Source of the DNA: Opitutia bacterium
GTDB taxonomy: Bacteria > Verrucomicrobiota > Verrucomicrobiia > Opitutales > UBA953
Length of the DNA stretch: 32,950 nucleotides
Assembly (NCBI GenBank): GCA_003485955.1
Contig: DNHH01000012.1
Coordinates: forward strand, 483 to 33,432
Direction of reading: 5' to 3'
The notes below the pieces were generated by a model. That model saw nothing but the letters and a program-made list of their open reading frames with translations. It was not told the origin of the DNA and did not search any database. A program made the position numbers and the translations under genes. Positions within the stretch are counted from its first letter, which is position 1, and each line of letters opens with the position of its first letter. Shown piece by piece: positions 17,161 through 28,809 of this stretch.

Positions 17161-18854
17161 AGTCGTTCCTCCATTTGTTTTAAGCAGCGCTCGATATCGC
17201 TGTGCAAGTTTAGGGTCTCGGCGGTCATTGCCCCTCCAAAGCGCGTACCATCTGCTCGTCGGAAAATTGCCCGCACGCTCGTAGGGGTGGTTAGTTCAGG
17301 CATAGCGCGCAGAATGTCTTCGGCGGTGAGTGCGATATCTTTCGCCTCCACGAGTGGCGCGGCACCCGCACGCAGAGCTGTCACACACGCATGCGCATGC
17401 GCATCCGTATCACCATTGCGTTCTGCTTTACGCGAGAGACGTCGAGCTTTGCGCAAAGCGACAAGGGCTGTGCGACGGCGCAAGATCTCTGGATGGCGAT
17501 GCAGCCAGTCGCGTCGCGCTGACCAAATGAGCGCACCTGCGAGTAAGCCCAAGAGTCCAAGCTGGGACCAGACCAGCGTAGAGGGTTGAGCGAGTAAATT
17601 CGGGCGAGTGCGCGTACTGCCTCTAGTTGTAGTAGGGTTGAGTAACTCGGTTGCCCGCAGGGATGCTTTTTCAGTGGCTCCGATGGTCGCGGCAGGATCG
17701 ATAGCAACGAGCTCAACTTTTTCGGGTGCCCTCCCGGTTACAGTGACGTCTTGTGGCGCAAACTCAATCCGCTCGTATGCCTTTGTTTCTGGATTAAAGA
17801 AGCTTAGTCGGACGCCAGGTGTTTTAAGATTTCCAGGTAGACGCGGTATCAGTGTGTAGCTGAAAGTGCGCTGGCTATCCTTGCGCATAGCCCGTGGTTT
17901 GTCGTTGGCCGGCATCACGTCCCAGAGGTCGCCATGGGGGACTTCGGGCGCGAGAATACGATCAAGGTTCGCGTTTCCGGTGACAGTTACCGAAAGGTTG
18001 ATGGGTTCGCCGATACCTGGTTTGGAATTGGACAGGCTCACAGGTCCTGCGATTAAAGAGCCGACTGCACCGTTCCAGTCTGCTGGGCGGTTCTTTTCAG
18101 GAACGTGGGCTACCTTGATCTTTCGAGAGAAGCTAAATGGCCTATCCCTATTTAGCTGCCCGGCACTTTGGTTCATTTCGACAAACATCATACCGGAGAG
18201 CCGAACATCAACTTCACCTGCTTGTGTCGGGGTGAGTTCGATGGCAGCAATTTTAGAGTTCTCCGAACTTAAGCTATTCGCTGGGTCGGCGTTGTCTTCT
18301 GGATTATTAATAACAGTGCTGCGCGATTTGATAGTTTCAGAGCGCGATTCAATTCCATAAAATCCTGTAATACGCTCGCTGGTGCCGTGCTTAAAATGAA
18401 TAAGCGCTTGGACAGTTTCCCCGACATAGAAGGTGCGCTCGGGCATCTCTAAAACAGCTTTCGCAAAGCCTCGTTGAACGCCGGGTTCATTCGCTTTAAC
18501 GAAAAAGCGGGTTTCAGGTATCTCGATTTTCCGTACAGAAAACGTCGCCGTGAATCCAGGTATACGGTGTAAGCCAGGAGATTCTGGGGCGACGCCGCTA
18601 ATGAGTAGAGTGCAGGTGTTTCCGGCGGAGAAGCGTTGACCGCTAAAGCGTAGCGGGATGAATTCAAGAACAGGAAGTTCAGAGGCGATGCGTAAGACTG
18701 GCCCTGCAAAGTCGCCTGTAGATGTCACCGTGATTTCCATTCGGAAAGGCTCACCGGGCCCAAGGCTATCGGGAGTAATTTTTGTCGTAACGGTATCAGC
18801 AGCTTGGCTGAGCAAGGGCGTGAGCAACCAAAGCCATGTGAATAGCGTGCGCAT
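17151..18854 (-). CDS. batD: BatD-like oxygen-tolerance family membrane protein
   Basis: Signal peptide MRTLFTWLWLLTPLLSQA when started at ATG 18854, which is 1 nt after the batC stop. It has a large periplasmic region, one TM segment (LVWSQLGLLGLLAGALIW) and a cytoplasmic tail. Size and position match BatD in bat operons. Confidence 0.75.
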   Translation of the reverse strand: MRTLFTWLWLLTPLLSQAADTVTTKITPDSLGPGEPFRMEITVTSTGDFAGPVLRIASELPVLEFIPLRFSGQRFSAGNTCTLLISGVAPESPGLHRIPGFTATFSVRKIEIPETRFFVKANEPGVQRGFAKAVLEMPERTFYVGETVQALIHFKHGTSERITGFYGIESRSETIKSRSTVINNPEDNADPANSLSSENSKIAAIELTPTQAGEVDVRLSGMMFVEMNQSAGQLNRDRPFSFSRKIKVAHVPEKNRPADWNGAVGSLIAGPVSLSNSKPGIGEPINLSVTVTGNANLDRILAPEVPHGDLWDVMPANDKPRAMRKDSQRTFSYTLIPRLPGNLKTPGVRLSFFNPETKAYERIEFAPQDVTVTGRAPEKVELVAIDPAATIGATEKASLRATELLNPTTTRGSTRTRPNLLAQPSTLVWSQLGLLGLLAGALIWSARRDWLHRHPEILRRRTALVALRKARRLSRKAERNGDTDAHAHACVTALRAGAAPLVEAKDIALTAEDILRAMPELTTPTSVRAIFRRADGTRFGGAMTAETLNLHSDIERCLKQMEERLCA

Positions 18855-18855
18855 C

Positions 18856-19818
18856 TCAGTAGTCCTTGCCTTTCCGGTCGCCTGGCTTGCCAGCGCCGCC
18901 TTGTCCGCCTTTGCCACCGGTCGTCGACATCTTTCGGCCGAATTCATCGCGTAAGGATTCAAGTGTGCTGCGGGCTTCTTGGTCCGTCATCTTACCTTCA
19001 TTACCTTCATCCGACGGCTGATTGCCGCTTCCTGTCCGTGGTTTTTTGCCCTGTCCGAAGTCGTCATCTTCGTCTCCGTCGCCTTCGCCTTCAGGAAGTT
19101 TTTCCGGCGGAATGCGCTTGATGAGTTCGGTGATAGCTTTGCGAAGCTCTTCGAGCTTTTTACGTTGATCGCTTTGTGCTTCTTGTAAGGACTCTGTCTC
19201 CCGTCGAAGTTGACGAAGAAGTTCTTCAATGCGGTCCGCATTCGTTTTGGCGTCGGTGTCGGCCGCATTTAATTCCACGGCACCTCGGAAGTCTCCGAGG
19301 GAGCGAGTCCAGGTGCTGTTCACGGAGCCGCGCTGGTTGAGCTGTTTATCTGCCTCTGGGATCGAGGTTTTCTTCATGGTTCTGTAAGTATTGATACCTG
19401 AAGAGAGTGCTGAAATGGCGGGAACGTAGTCAGGCTCACGTTTTTCAGCTTTTGCTTTATCAAGGTACTTAATCATGTCTTCGATGTCTGAGATATCTGC
19501 GTCAGCAGCCTCAACATATGAGCGCGCGATAGAAACATCGGTCACCTCACCTTTAGTTTTACCTCCCAACATTGCGCGGCCTTTACCAAAGCGCACATGG
19601 CCGAGATTGTGCAATGTGTCCGGGCGTAGCTTGTCTTGATCGCGTGCGAGTGACGCTCGTAGAGCTTCTTCAGAGCCTGAAAGCTCCTTGTCTGCGAGTC
19701 GTTGTGTGCCGAGATTATGTAATTCGCGCGCGTCGAGTTCGGAAAATTCCGCCTGGGCACCATTGTCTACGGCGAAAGCTGTGGTGAACCCTAAAAGTAA
19801 AATAATGCTAGATCTCAT
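18856..19818 (-). CDS. BatC-like secreted TPR/coiled-coil protein with an acidic then Gly/Lys-rich tail
   Basis: Signal peptide MRSSIILLLGFTTAFA. TPR-like ELHNLGTQRL..EEALRASLA and DTLHNLGHVRFGKG. A coiled-coil segment follows, then a low-complexity C-terminus. It occupies the BatC slot between batB and batD, with an ATGA overlap with batB. Confidence 0.5.
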   Translation of the reverse strand: MRSSIILLLGFTTAFAVDNGAQAEFSELDARELHNLGTQRLADKELSGSEEALRASLARDQDKLRPDTLHNLGHVRFGKGRAMLGGKTKGEVTDVSIARSYVEAADADISDIEDMIKYLDKAKAEKREPDYVPAISALSSGINTYRTMKKTSIPEADKQLNQRGSVNSTWTRSLGDFRGAVELNAADTDAKTNADRIEELLRQLRRETESLQEAQSDQRKKLEELRKAITELIKRIPPEKLPEGEGDGDEDDDFGQGKKPRTGSGNQPSDEGNEGKMTDQEARSTLESLRDEFGRKMSTTGGKGGQGGAGKPGDRKGKDY

Positions 19819-20819
19819 TGGGTTCGACGGGTGGAAATAAGTGTCTCCATGACGAGAAGGAGTAGGGCGACGATGACGAATAGATCTTCGCGAGGGATTC
19901 CTCGACGGGTTGAATTTGCTGAGTCTGTACCTGCTTGAATGGCAAGCCGCAGTGCTTCCATGCCTTCTCCGGCCTGACCGAGGCGAACGTAGCGTCCGCC
20001 TGAAGCGGAAGAGACTTTAGTTAACGTTGCTTCGTCAAGTCGACTAGTGACGGCATTGCCTTCGGCATCACGCAGCGCATCGGGAAGACCCGTTGGGCCG
20101 ACCACGGTAATTTGTCCGCCCGTGGGAGTGCCCACGCCGACCGTGTGAACGACAAGTCCCTTTCGTTTTAGTTTACCGGCCGCTTCAATGCCACCCGCTT
20201 CAAGGTCTTCACCGTCTGTTAAGATAATAACGAGTTTCCGATTTCGATTAGCGGCGAAGGCACCCTCTGCTTCTTCGAGTGCGCGGGCGATATCTGTGCC
20301 GGAGACAGGGATCGACCGTGTGTCCGTTTCGCTTAGCGTGCGAAAGAAAGAGTCATAGTCACGGGTAAGCGGGCACTGCAAGAAAGCCTGTCCTGAGAAT
20401 GCAACTAGCCCCACGCTGCCCGTACCTTTTCTGCGCACAAAAGAGCTGATTGAACTTTTAGCCCGTTCAAGTCGCGACGGGCGCACGTCTTTGACCAGCA
20501 TTGATCGTGACGTATCGAGAACAAAAACAACGTCCTCCGCTTGCGACGTCGCCTGACTGACTTCCACGCCCCAGCGCGGGCCTGCCAGGGCGACGCCGAT
20601 GAGCAAGGCTGACAGACAAACCATAACCTCCTTCATTAGGCGACGGCTTGCGGAATCATTACGCCCAGCGCGAGCCAGCATACGTTCAGAGATAAACCGG
20701 CTCAAAGCACCCAGTCGACGGTGCGCGCCAAACCTGAGTAGGCCAAAGGTAATGACTATGGCAGGTGCGATGAGCCATAGGACCCAAGGGCGGAGTAAAT
20801 GCGGGTCTGTAAAGTCCAT
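19815..20819 (-). CDS. batB: VWA-domain membrane protein BatB
   Basis: N-terminal TM when started at ATG 20819 (MDFTDPHLLRPWVLWLIAPAIV). VWA MIDAS motif VFVLDTSRSM. C-terminal TM. The ORF upstream of 20819 overlaps batA. Confidence 0.8.
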   Translation of the reverse strand: MDFTDPHLLRPWVLWLIAPAIVITFGLLRFGAHRRLGALSRFISERMLARAGRNDSASRRLMKEVMVCLSALLIGVALAGPRWGVEVSQATSQAEDVVFVLDTSRSMLVKDVRPSRLERAKSSISSFVRRKGTGSVGLVAFSGQAFLQCPLTRDYDSFFRTLSETDTRSIPVSGTDIARALEEAEGAFAANRNRKLVIILTDGEDLEAGGIEAAGKLKRKGLVVHTVGVGTPTGGQITVVGPTGLPDALRDAEGNAVTSRLDEATLTKVSSASGGRYVRLGQAGEGMEALRLAIQAGTDSANSTRRGIPREDLFVIVALLLLVMETLISTRRTQ

Positions 20820-20821
20820 GA

Positions 20822-21871
20822 TTATGGTGAACGCGGGCGCAGCAGCGCCCAGATTATTTCGGCGAGAAGAAAGAGCGCCCCGGCTGCAATCCATAGCGCT
20901 CGGTGATCTTCGTAACTAACAGACTCCCGAATGCGCACCTCTGTGCGCTCTAGGCGGTCAATTTCTGAGTATACTCGACGAAGTTGTTCGCGGTCGAGCG
21001 CCCGGAAGAATTTTCCACCACCGACTTTCGCCATGGTTTTTAGCATGTCGTAATTGGCTGGATTAATCGTCTGCATGGGCATGGGTCGACCGAGTGGATC
21101 ATGCAAAATCTCGCCTGTCTGTATGTTAAACTGTGGTAACATGGTTGGCTCGTCTTTGCCCAAGCCGATTGTGTGAACGCGTATACCCAAGGCAGCCGCT
21201 AATTCCGCGGAGGGAATTGGCAAAACAGCTTTGCTTTGGTTGTCATCACCGTCGGTGAGTAAGATGATGACCTTGGAAGCGTTTTTCGGGAGCGACTTCA
21301 TCCGATCCACTGCCATGGCCATAGCATCACCAATAGCGGTGCCCGTTTCTCGAATGGCACCAATGTGCATGCGGCTCACCCCTTTCTCGATCCAATCTTT
21401 GTTAACTGTTAGCGGACTTAATAAGTAAGGTTTCCCTGAGAAGACGACGGCGCCGATACGGTCATCCGGACGATTCTTCACGAAATCATTGATCACAAGT
21501 TTGGTGGCCATCCAGCGGGTCACTTCTTCATTCGGCTGGCCCATGTCCAAGGCGTTCATTGACCATGACAAGTCGATAACGAGGAAGACATCGATGCCTT
21601 CGGAGTCCCGATCAACTTCCTTGTTTGCTGTGCGCGGCCCCGCAATGGCCACAATGAAGCATGCTGCTGTCAGCAATCGGATAAATGGTCGCAGTCTGCC
21701 GACGGCTTCGCGCACGGGCTTTCCGATGCCATCCAGGAGGCTGGAATTTGGAAACAAGAGCGCACCCGCTCGACCTGTTTGTCCGCGCAGCCAAGCCCAT
21801 AGAGGCAGAAGTGCCAGCAACAACAGTAGAGCTGGCCGTTCAAATTCAAAACCGAGAGACACTGCGTTCAT
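20822..21871 (-). CDS. batA: VWA-domain membrane protein BatA
   Basis: N-terminus FERPALLLLLALLPLWAWL is typical of BatA. Two N-terminal TM segments, MIDAS motif VFLVIDLSWSM and a C-terminal TM. ATGA overlap with the preceding gene. Confidence 0.8.
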   Translation of the reverse strand: MNAVSLGFEFERPALLLLLALLPLWAWLRGQTGRAGALLFPNSSLLDGIGKPVREAVGRLRPFIRLLTAACFIVAIAGPRTANKEVDRDSEGIDVFLVIDLSWSMNALDMGQPNEEVTRWMATKLVINDFVKNRPDDRIGAVVFSGKPYLLSPLTVNKDWIEKGVSRMHIGAIRETGTAIGDAMAMAVDRMKSLPKNASKVIILLTDGDDNQSKAVLPIPSAELAAALGIRVHTIGLGKDEPTMLPQFNIQTGEILHDPLGRPMPMQTINPANYDMLKTMAKVGGGKFFRALDREQLRRVYSEIDRLERTEVRIRESVSYEDHRALWIAAGALFLLAEIIWALLRPRSP

Positions 21872-22374
21872 GGGGCAACCTCTCTCCAGAGGGCTTGGCG
21901 TGCTAACTCAAGTCTCGCAAAAGCTTCCTCAGCTAATCTGGCGACTTCTTCGTGATCGCTTAACTCGCCCGCAAATTTGACCCGGTCAGCTGCGCGTAAA
22001 ACTCGCAAAATTGGATCAGCACTCGTTGATAAAATCGGCGAGTGGATAATGACTGCGGAAAGTTCTTGGGTGGTTAACCCAGCGGGCGCATCTGCAGCAA
22101 TGGCTGCGATGTAACTACGTAAAGCGCTAGCGGATAATTGACAAAGATGTGCTTGGCCTGCTGCCCTGGCGGCGGACATTTGTTGGCGGAAAGCGAGTGC
22201 TGGGTTCGCATGCGTGACGCGCTTACGACGCAGAAGATAGATCAGTGTGCCTAGGAGCAGGACGCTGATACCTACGTACGTTGAAAGTTCAAGCGTGTGT
22301 GCTTCTAGCCAGCTGGGTGGCACTTCGGGCTTGAGGCCAAGCAGGGTAAACTCTTCGGTTGTTGGACTACTCAT
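21868..22374 (-). CDS. DUF4381-like single-pass membrane protein of MoxR/Bat operons
   Basis: 168 aa. It has a short N-terminal segment, one TM (YVGISVLLLGTLIYLL) followed by RRKR, and an Ala/Arg-rich tail ending ..RAADRVKFAG... It sits in the canonical position between DUF58 and batA. Both junctions are ATGA overlaps. Confidence 0.6.
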   Translation of the reverse strand: MSSPTTEEFTLLGLKPEVPPSWLEAHTLELSTYVGISVLLLGTLIYLLRRKRVTHANPALAFRQQMSAARAAGQAHLCQLSASALRSYIAAIAADAPAGLTTQELSAVIIHSPILSTSADPILRVLRAADRVKFAGELSDHEEVARLAEEAFARLELARQALWREVAP

Positions 22375-23279
22375 CGGCGTTTACGACGTCGTTCGAAGAA
22401 CCGTGAAAGTGCTGGCGCAATCGCTGTTGATTGTTCCAGGCGGGTAGTATCAACGCCTGCGCGTGTGAGCGACGCTTCAGTTTCCATGAGACGTTGCTGA
22501 GATAGTTGAGCAAATTTCTCCCGCACGATTGCCGACGAAGTATTCACTTCTGTGATGATTCCGGTTTCTGCGTCTTCGAGTGCGAGTATGCCTGCATCTG
22601 GCAAGGTCCGCGTGCGTGCATCGACGAGGTGCATACAGGAAACGTCGTGCCGGGCATTGAGTTCACTCAGTGCCGTGACCATGGCCTCTGGGCCTTCACT
22701 ACCCGCTAAGAAGTCGGAGATAACAAAAATAGCGGACCGTCTTTTGACGGCTCGGGCGAGCCGACGGAGAGGTTTTGCAAACGCGGTCTTCCGAGATTTA
22801 GCTGGGTAAAGCAGGATATCGCGGACAATGCGCAAGACGTGACGGCGCCCTTTGCGAGCGGGCACCCAACACTCGGCAGCATCGCTAAAGAGAAGTAGCC
22901 CGACCTTATCGCCGGCCTTCAGTGCAGAGACTGCTAAGGTTGCGGCGACTTCCGCTGCGCGTTCGCGGGTAGATTGTTCGCCTGAACCAAAGTCGGCAGA
23001 CCCTGAGATGTCTACGGCAAGGATCATGGTTAACTCCCGTTCCTCGCGGTGAAGTCTGATAAATGCTCGGCCGGTGCGTGCTGTCACATTCCAGTCGATA
23101 GAGCGCACGTCATCACCAGGGACGTATTCACGAAGTTCTTCAAAGTCAGTGCCGCGTCCTTTGAAGCTAGAAAGATAACCGCCGACCATCGCGTCATTAA
23201 CGAGCCGTGCCGCCACGAGCTCCACGCGACGAGCGCGGCGGAGTGCGTCTTGTGGACTGGTCGTTAGAGTGGACTCCAC
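22371..23279 (-). CDS. DUF58-family protein (VWA-like, MoxR partner)
   Basis: 302 aa with a GTG start. It has the REYVPGDDVRSIDWNVTAR motif characteristic of DUF58, followed by a VWA-like ILAVDISGS stretch. It lies immediately downstream of moxR. Confidence 0.85.
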   Translation of the reverse strand: MESTLTTSPQDALRRARRVELVAARLVNDAMVGGYLSSFKGRGTDFEELREYVPGDDVRSIDWNVTARTGRAFIRLHREERELTMILAVDISGSADFGSGEQSTRERAAEVAATLAVSALKAGDKVGLLLFSDAAECWVPARKGRRHVLRIVRDILLYPAKSRKTAFAKPLRRLARAVKRRSAIFVISDFLAGSEGPEAMVTALSELNARHDVSCMHLVDARTRTLPDAGILALEDAETGIITEVNTSSAIVREKFAQLSQQRLMETEASLTRAGVDTTRLEQSTAIAPALSRFFERRRKRR

Positions 23280-23299
23280 GCGAATGCGTTAGCCGAAGA

Positions 23300-24259
23300 T
23301 CAAGGGACGCGTACCGTGTCGAGTACGCGACGGACAATGGTGTCAGCGTCGACGCCTTCCGCATCGGCTTCGTAGGTCAAGATGAGCCGGTGACGGAGTA
23401 CGTCGGGAGCGAGATCCTTCACGTCTTGAGGAATGACATGGTCTCGTCCTTGTAAGAATGCCCAAGCTTTTGCTGCGAGGGTCAGATTGATGGTGGCACG
23501 AGGTGAGGCGCCAAATTGAACGAGTCCGCGCAAGTCAGGTCCGCCGGGTTCCTGTCCGCGTGTCGCGAGTACTAGGGAAACAATGTAGTCACGAATAGAG
23601 TCGGTGACACGCACAGCATCGACTTGGCGACGTGCCTCGAGGATGTCCTCTAGGCCAATGACAGGCTCAACCTCTAATTTCGGAGCCGTGGTTGCCATTG
23701 CATCTAAAATCTTCCGCTCTTCTTCGCGCGAAGGGTAACCAATGTTGAGCTTCAACATGAACCGGTCGACTTGAGCTTCCGGGAGAGGGTAGGTGCCTTC
23801 TTGGTCGATAGGATTTTGCGTCGCAAGCACAAGGAACGGCGACGGTAGGCGATGTGTCTCGCCTCCGAGTGTCACTTGGCGCTCCTGCATGGCCTCCAGA
23901 AGTGCCGACTGAACTTTTGCGGGAGCACGATTGATTTCATCGGCGAGCACGAAGTGGGCGAAGATCGGACCCTTCTTGGCGTGATACTCGCCGTCCTTCG
24001 GATTATAGATAAGTGTGCCCACGATATCGGCTGGCAAAAGATCGGGGGTGAATTGTACGCGCGAGAAGTCAGCTCGGATGGCTTGAGCTAATGTGCGCAC
24101 AGAAAGCGTCTTGGCTAAACCAGGTACGCCTTCGAGTAAGACGTGTCCGTTGGCAAGTAGGCCGACGAGTAGGCGGTCGACGAGGTATTGTTGGCCAACG
24201 ATAACGCGTGCGACTTGCTCGCGTAGACGTGGGACCCAGGTGGAGGCGGAATGACTCAT
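23300..24259 (-). CDS. moxR: MoxR-family AAA+ ATPase
   Basis: 319 aa. Walker A LEGVPGLAKT, Walker B FVLADEINRA, LLEAMQERQVT and VLATQNP motifs are typical of the MoxR AAA_3 family. Confidence 0.95.
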   Translation of the reverse strand: MSHSASTWVPRLREQVARVIVGQQYLVDRLLVGLLANGHVLLEGVPGLAKTLSVRTLAQAIRADFSRVQFTPDLLPADIVGTLIYNPKDGEYHAKKGPIFAHFVLADEINRAPAKVQSALLEAMQERQVTLGGETHRLPSPFLVLATQNPIDQEGTYPLPEAQVDRFMLKLNIGYPSREEERKILDAMATTAPKLEVEPVIGLEDILEARRQVDAVRVTDSIRDYIVSLVLATRGQEPGGPDLRGLVQFGASPRATINLTLAAKAWAFLQGRDHVIPQDVKDLAPDVLRHRLILTYEADAEGVDADTIVRRVLDTVRVP

Positions 24260-24332
24260 GATAGGTAAATTATTTGCGCGAAGCGGGGTTACTGGAGAGC
24301 GCTTCTAAATAAGAAATCTGTCTGCCGAGCCC

Positions 24333-26048
<1,716 letters not shown>

Positions 26049-26184
26049 TTAGCTTTCCCATTTTGGGCCTGCATCACGCCCTCTTTCTGGGCTTAGCCGT
26101 ACTGCTAATACCTCCTATTTAGAGCCAAAACGGGGGTGGGAAAGCCCAAGGCAATCTCCTTAAATAATCACAGCCCAAAGGTCT

Positions 26185-26871
26185 ATGTCTACCCCCTCCT
26201 GCAATTGTGCCCTTTCCTCGATTGGAAAGAAGGCCGTGATGGCCCTCACCGGGCTTGTTTTGGTCGGCTTCATTTTAGGCCATCTTTCTGGGAATCTCTT
26301 ATTTTTTAAGGGCCCCGAAGTTTTGAATGCTTATGCACAATGGCTGCATGAAAACGCTGCGTTGATCTGGACGGCACGGATCACGCTCATTGTGAGCGTC
26401 ATCGCCCATATCATCGCTGGCATTTCTTTAACGCTCGAGAATCGGGCAGCTCGGGCGGGCGGTCCTGCTGTTGAGCAGACCCGTCGTGCATCTTGGGGTT
26501 CGTTGACGATGCCATACACCGGGCTCGTGGTGCTTGGATTTATCGTCTTCCACCTTCTTCATTACACGTTCCAGTCCGTTGCCTTAGGTGGGCAGACGTT
26601 CCCACTGGCCAGCAACCCTGCCTTTACCGACGTTCATGCAATGTTGGTGGCTGGCTTTAGTCATTCAGGCGTGTCGGCGTTTTACATTATCTCACTGGCC
26701 CTTCTCAGCCTCCATCTTAGCCACGGAGTTAGCAGCACATTCCAAACGCTTGGACTGCGCAATGAGCGCTGGCGAGGTCGCTTAGATGTTTTAGCCGTAG
26801 CTTTTGGCTGGATTGTATTTCTCGGTTTCTCCGCCATCCCAGCCTCAGTCCTTGCAGGCTGCATAAAGTAA
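26185..26871 (+). CDS. sdhC: Succinate dehydrogenase / fumarate reductase cytochrome b subunit (b558 family, five TM)
   Basis: 228 aa. N-terminus [28 protein letters not shown] is typical of the Bacillus-type dihaem subunit. Conserved His residues are in the TM helices. It is directly followed by sdhA and sdhB. Confidence 0.85.
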   Translation: MSTPSCNCALSSIGKKAVMALTGLVLVGFILGHLSGNLLFFKGPEVLNAYAQWLHENAALIWTARITLIVSVIAHIIAGISLTLENRAARAGGPAVEQTRRASWGSLTMPYTGLVVLGFIVFHLLHYTFQSVALGGQTFPLASNPAFTDVHAMLVAGFSHSGVSAFYIISLALLSLHLSHGVSSTFQTLGLRNERWRGRLDVLAVAFGWIVFLGFSAIPASVLAGCIK

Positions 26872-26875
26872 TCCC

Positions 26876-28804
26876 ATGAACCTTGACTCCAAAATAGCTT
26901 CCGGGCCGCTTTCAACGAAGTGGGATGCGCATAAAGCTAAGTTGCGTTTAGTGAACCCCGCGAACCGTCGTAAATATCACATCATAGTGGTCGGCTCTGG
27001 TCTTGCGGGTGCCGCGGCCGCCTCATCGCTCGGCGAACAGGGATACGATGTCTCATGTTTCTGTTACCAAGATAGTCCGCGTCGCGCCCATTCCATTGCA
27101 GCTCAGGGTGGCATTAATGCGGCGAAGAATTATCAAAACGACGGCGACTCTGTCCGCCGACTTTTCCAAGACACCATCAAGGGTGGCGATTATCGCGCGC
27201 GTGAGGCCAACGTTTACCGTCTAGCCCAGCTCTCAACGGCAATCATTGATCAGTGTGTCGCCCAGGGCGTTCCTTTTGCGCGTGAGTACGGTGGCTTGCT
27301 TGCGAACCGTTCTTTTGGCGGGGCGCAAGTTTCGCGAACTTTCTATGCGCGCGGCCAGACTGGCCAACAGTTGCTGCTTGGCGCTTACTCATCCCTCTCT
27401 CGTCAAATTGGTGCGGGCACCGTAAAAATGTATCCGCGCCACGAGATGCTCGATCTCGTGCTTGTTGGCGGTCACGCGAAGGGCATTGTTACGCGCAATC
27501 TTGTCACCGGCGAAGTGCGTACGTGGTCGGCCGACTGTGTTGTTCTTTGTACCGGTGGTTACGGTAACGTTTTCTATCTCTCAACAAATGCCCAAGGATG
27601 TAACGTATCGGCGACCTACCGTTCGTATCGCCGCGGCGCACTCTTTGCGAATCCGTGCTATACGCAAATTCACCCGACATGCATTCCTGTTCACGGCGAT
27701 GATCAATCGAAGCTGACGTTGATGTCAGAATCGCTGCGCAATGACGGTCGTGTTTGGGTGCCAAAAAATACAGCCGACAGCGGCAAAGATCCTGCGCAGG
27801 TCGCCGAAACCGACCGTGATTACTTCCTTGAGCGCAAGTATCCAAGCTACGGAAATCTCGCTCCTCGAGATATTGCTTCGCGCGCTGCCAAAGAAGCCTG
27901 CGACGAAGGGCGCGGCGTAGGTCCAGAAGTTGGTGGACGTCGCCTGGGAGTCTACTTGGACTTCTCGGCATCCATTCAGCGACTTGGCGAGTCTGTGGTG
28001 CGCGAGCGCTACGGCAACTTGTTCGATATGTATGAAAACATTACGGGCGAGAATGCTTACCGTCGCCCGATGCGCATCTATCCTGCCGTTCACTATACGA
28101 TGGGCGGCCTTTGGGTGGATTATAACCTCCAGTCGAATATCCCGGGTCTCTTTGTCGGCGGCGAAGCCAACTTCTCAGACCATGGCGCCAATCGATTGGG
28201 TGCCTCTGCGTTGATGCAAGGTTTGGCTGACGGCTATTTTGTTTTGCCGTACACCGTTGCGGATTACCTCGCGGGTGTTGGCTTGTCGGGACGTCCTTCG
28301 GTCGAAGGTGTCGAATACCGTGATGTGCTCGCCCAGGTTAATGATCGCGTCAATCGCCTGCTCAAGAATCAGGGCAAACAAACAGCGCGTAGTTACCATA
28401 AGCAGCTCGGGAAAATTATTTGGGATGAGTGCGGCATGGCTCGCACCCGTGCAGGACTCACCAAGGCAATTTCTGATATCCGTGGCTTGCGCGAAGATTT
28501 CTGGAAAAACATTTCAGTGCCTGGCACAGGGCTCGACGTAACCCCTGAGCTCGAACGCGCCGGTCGCGTTGCTGACTTCCTTGAATTCGGAGAATTAATG
28601 TGCCGAGATGCCTTGATTCGCGAAGAATCTTGTGGCGGGCATTTCCGTACCGAATACCAAGTCGACGGCGAAGCAAAGCGTGACGATGCCCGTTTCGCGC
28701 ACGTCGCCGCTTGGCAGTGGGCAGGTGAAACAGCTGAACCCATTCGTCATGAAGAGGCCCTTGTCTACGAGGAAGCCCAACTCTCCACCCGCTCTTACAA
28801 GTAA
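26876..28804 (+). CDS. sdhA: Succinate dehydrogenase / fumarate reductase flavoprotein subunit
   Basis: 642 aa. FAD-binding [13 protein letters not shown], covalent-FAD histidine context [20 protein letters not shown] and ESCGGHFR motifs. Confidence 0.95.
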   Translation: MNLDSKIASGPLSTKWDAHKAKLRLVNPANRRKYHIIVVGSGLAGAAAASSLGEQGYDVSCFCYQDSPRRAHSIAAQGGINAAKNYQNDGDSVRRLFQDTIKGGDYRAREANVYRLAQLSTAIIDQCVAQGVPFAREYGGLLANRSFGGAQVSRTFYARGQTGQQLLLGAYSSLSRQIGAGTVKMYPRHEMLDLVLVGGHAKGIVTRNLVTGEVRTWSADCVVLCTGGYGNVFYLSTNAQGCNVSATYRSYRRGALFANPCYTQIHPTCIPVHGDDQSKLTLMSESLRNDGRVWVPKNTADSGKDPAQVAETDRDYFLERKYPSYGNLAPRDIASRAAKEACDEGRGVGPEVGGRRLGVYLDFSASIQRLGESVVRERYGNLFDMYENITGENAYRRPMRIYPAVHYTMGGLWVDYNLQSNIPGLFVGGEANFSDHGANRLGASALMQGLADGYFVLPYTVADYLAGVGLSGRPSVEGVEYRDVLAQVNDRVNRLLKNQGKQTARSYHKQLGKIIWDECGMARTRAGLTKAISDIRGLREDFWKNISVPGTGLDVTPELERAGRVADFLEFGELMCRDALIREESCGGHFRTEYQVDGEAKRDDARFAHVAAWQWAGETAEPIRHEEALVYEEAQLSTRSYK

Positions 28805-28809
28805 TCACC

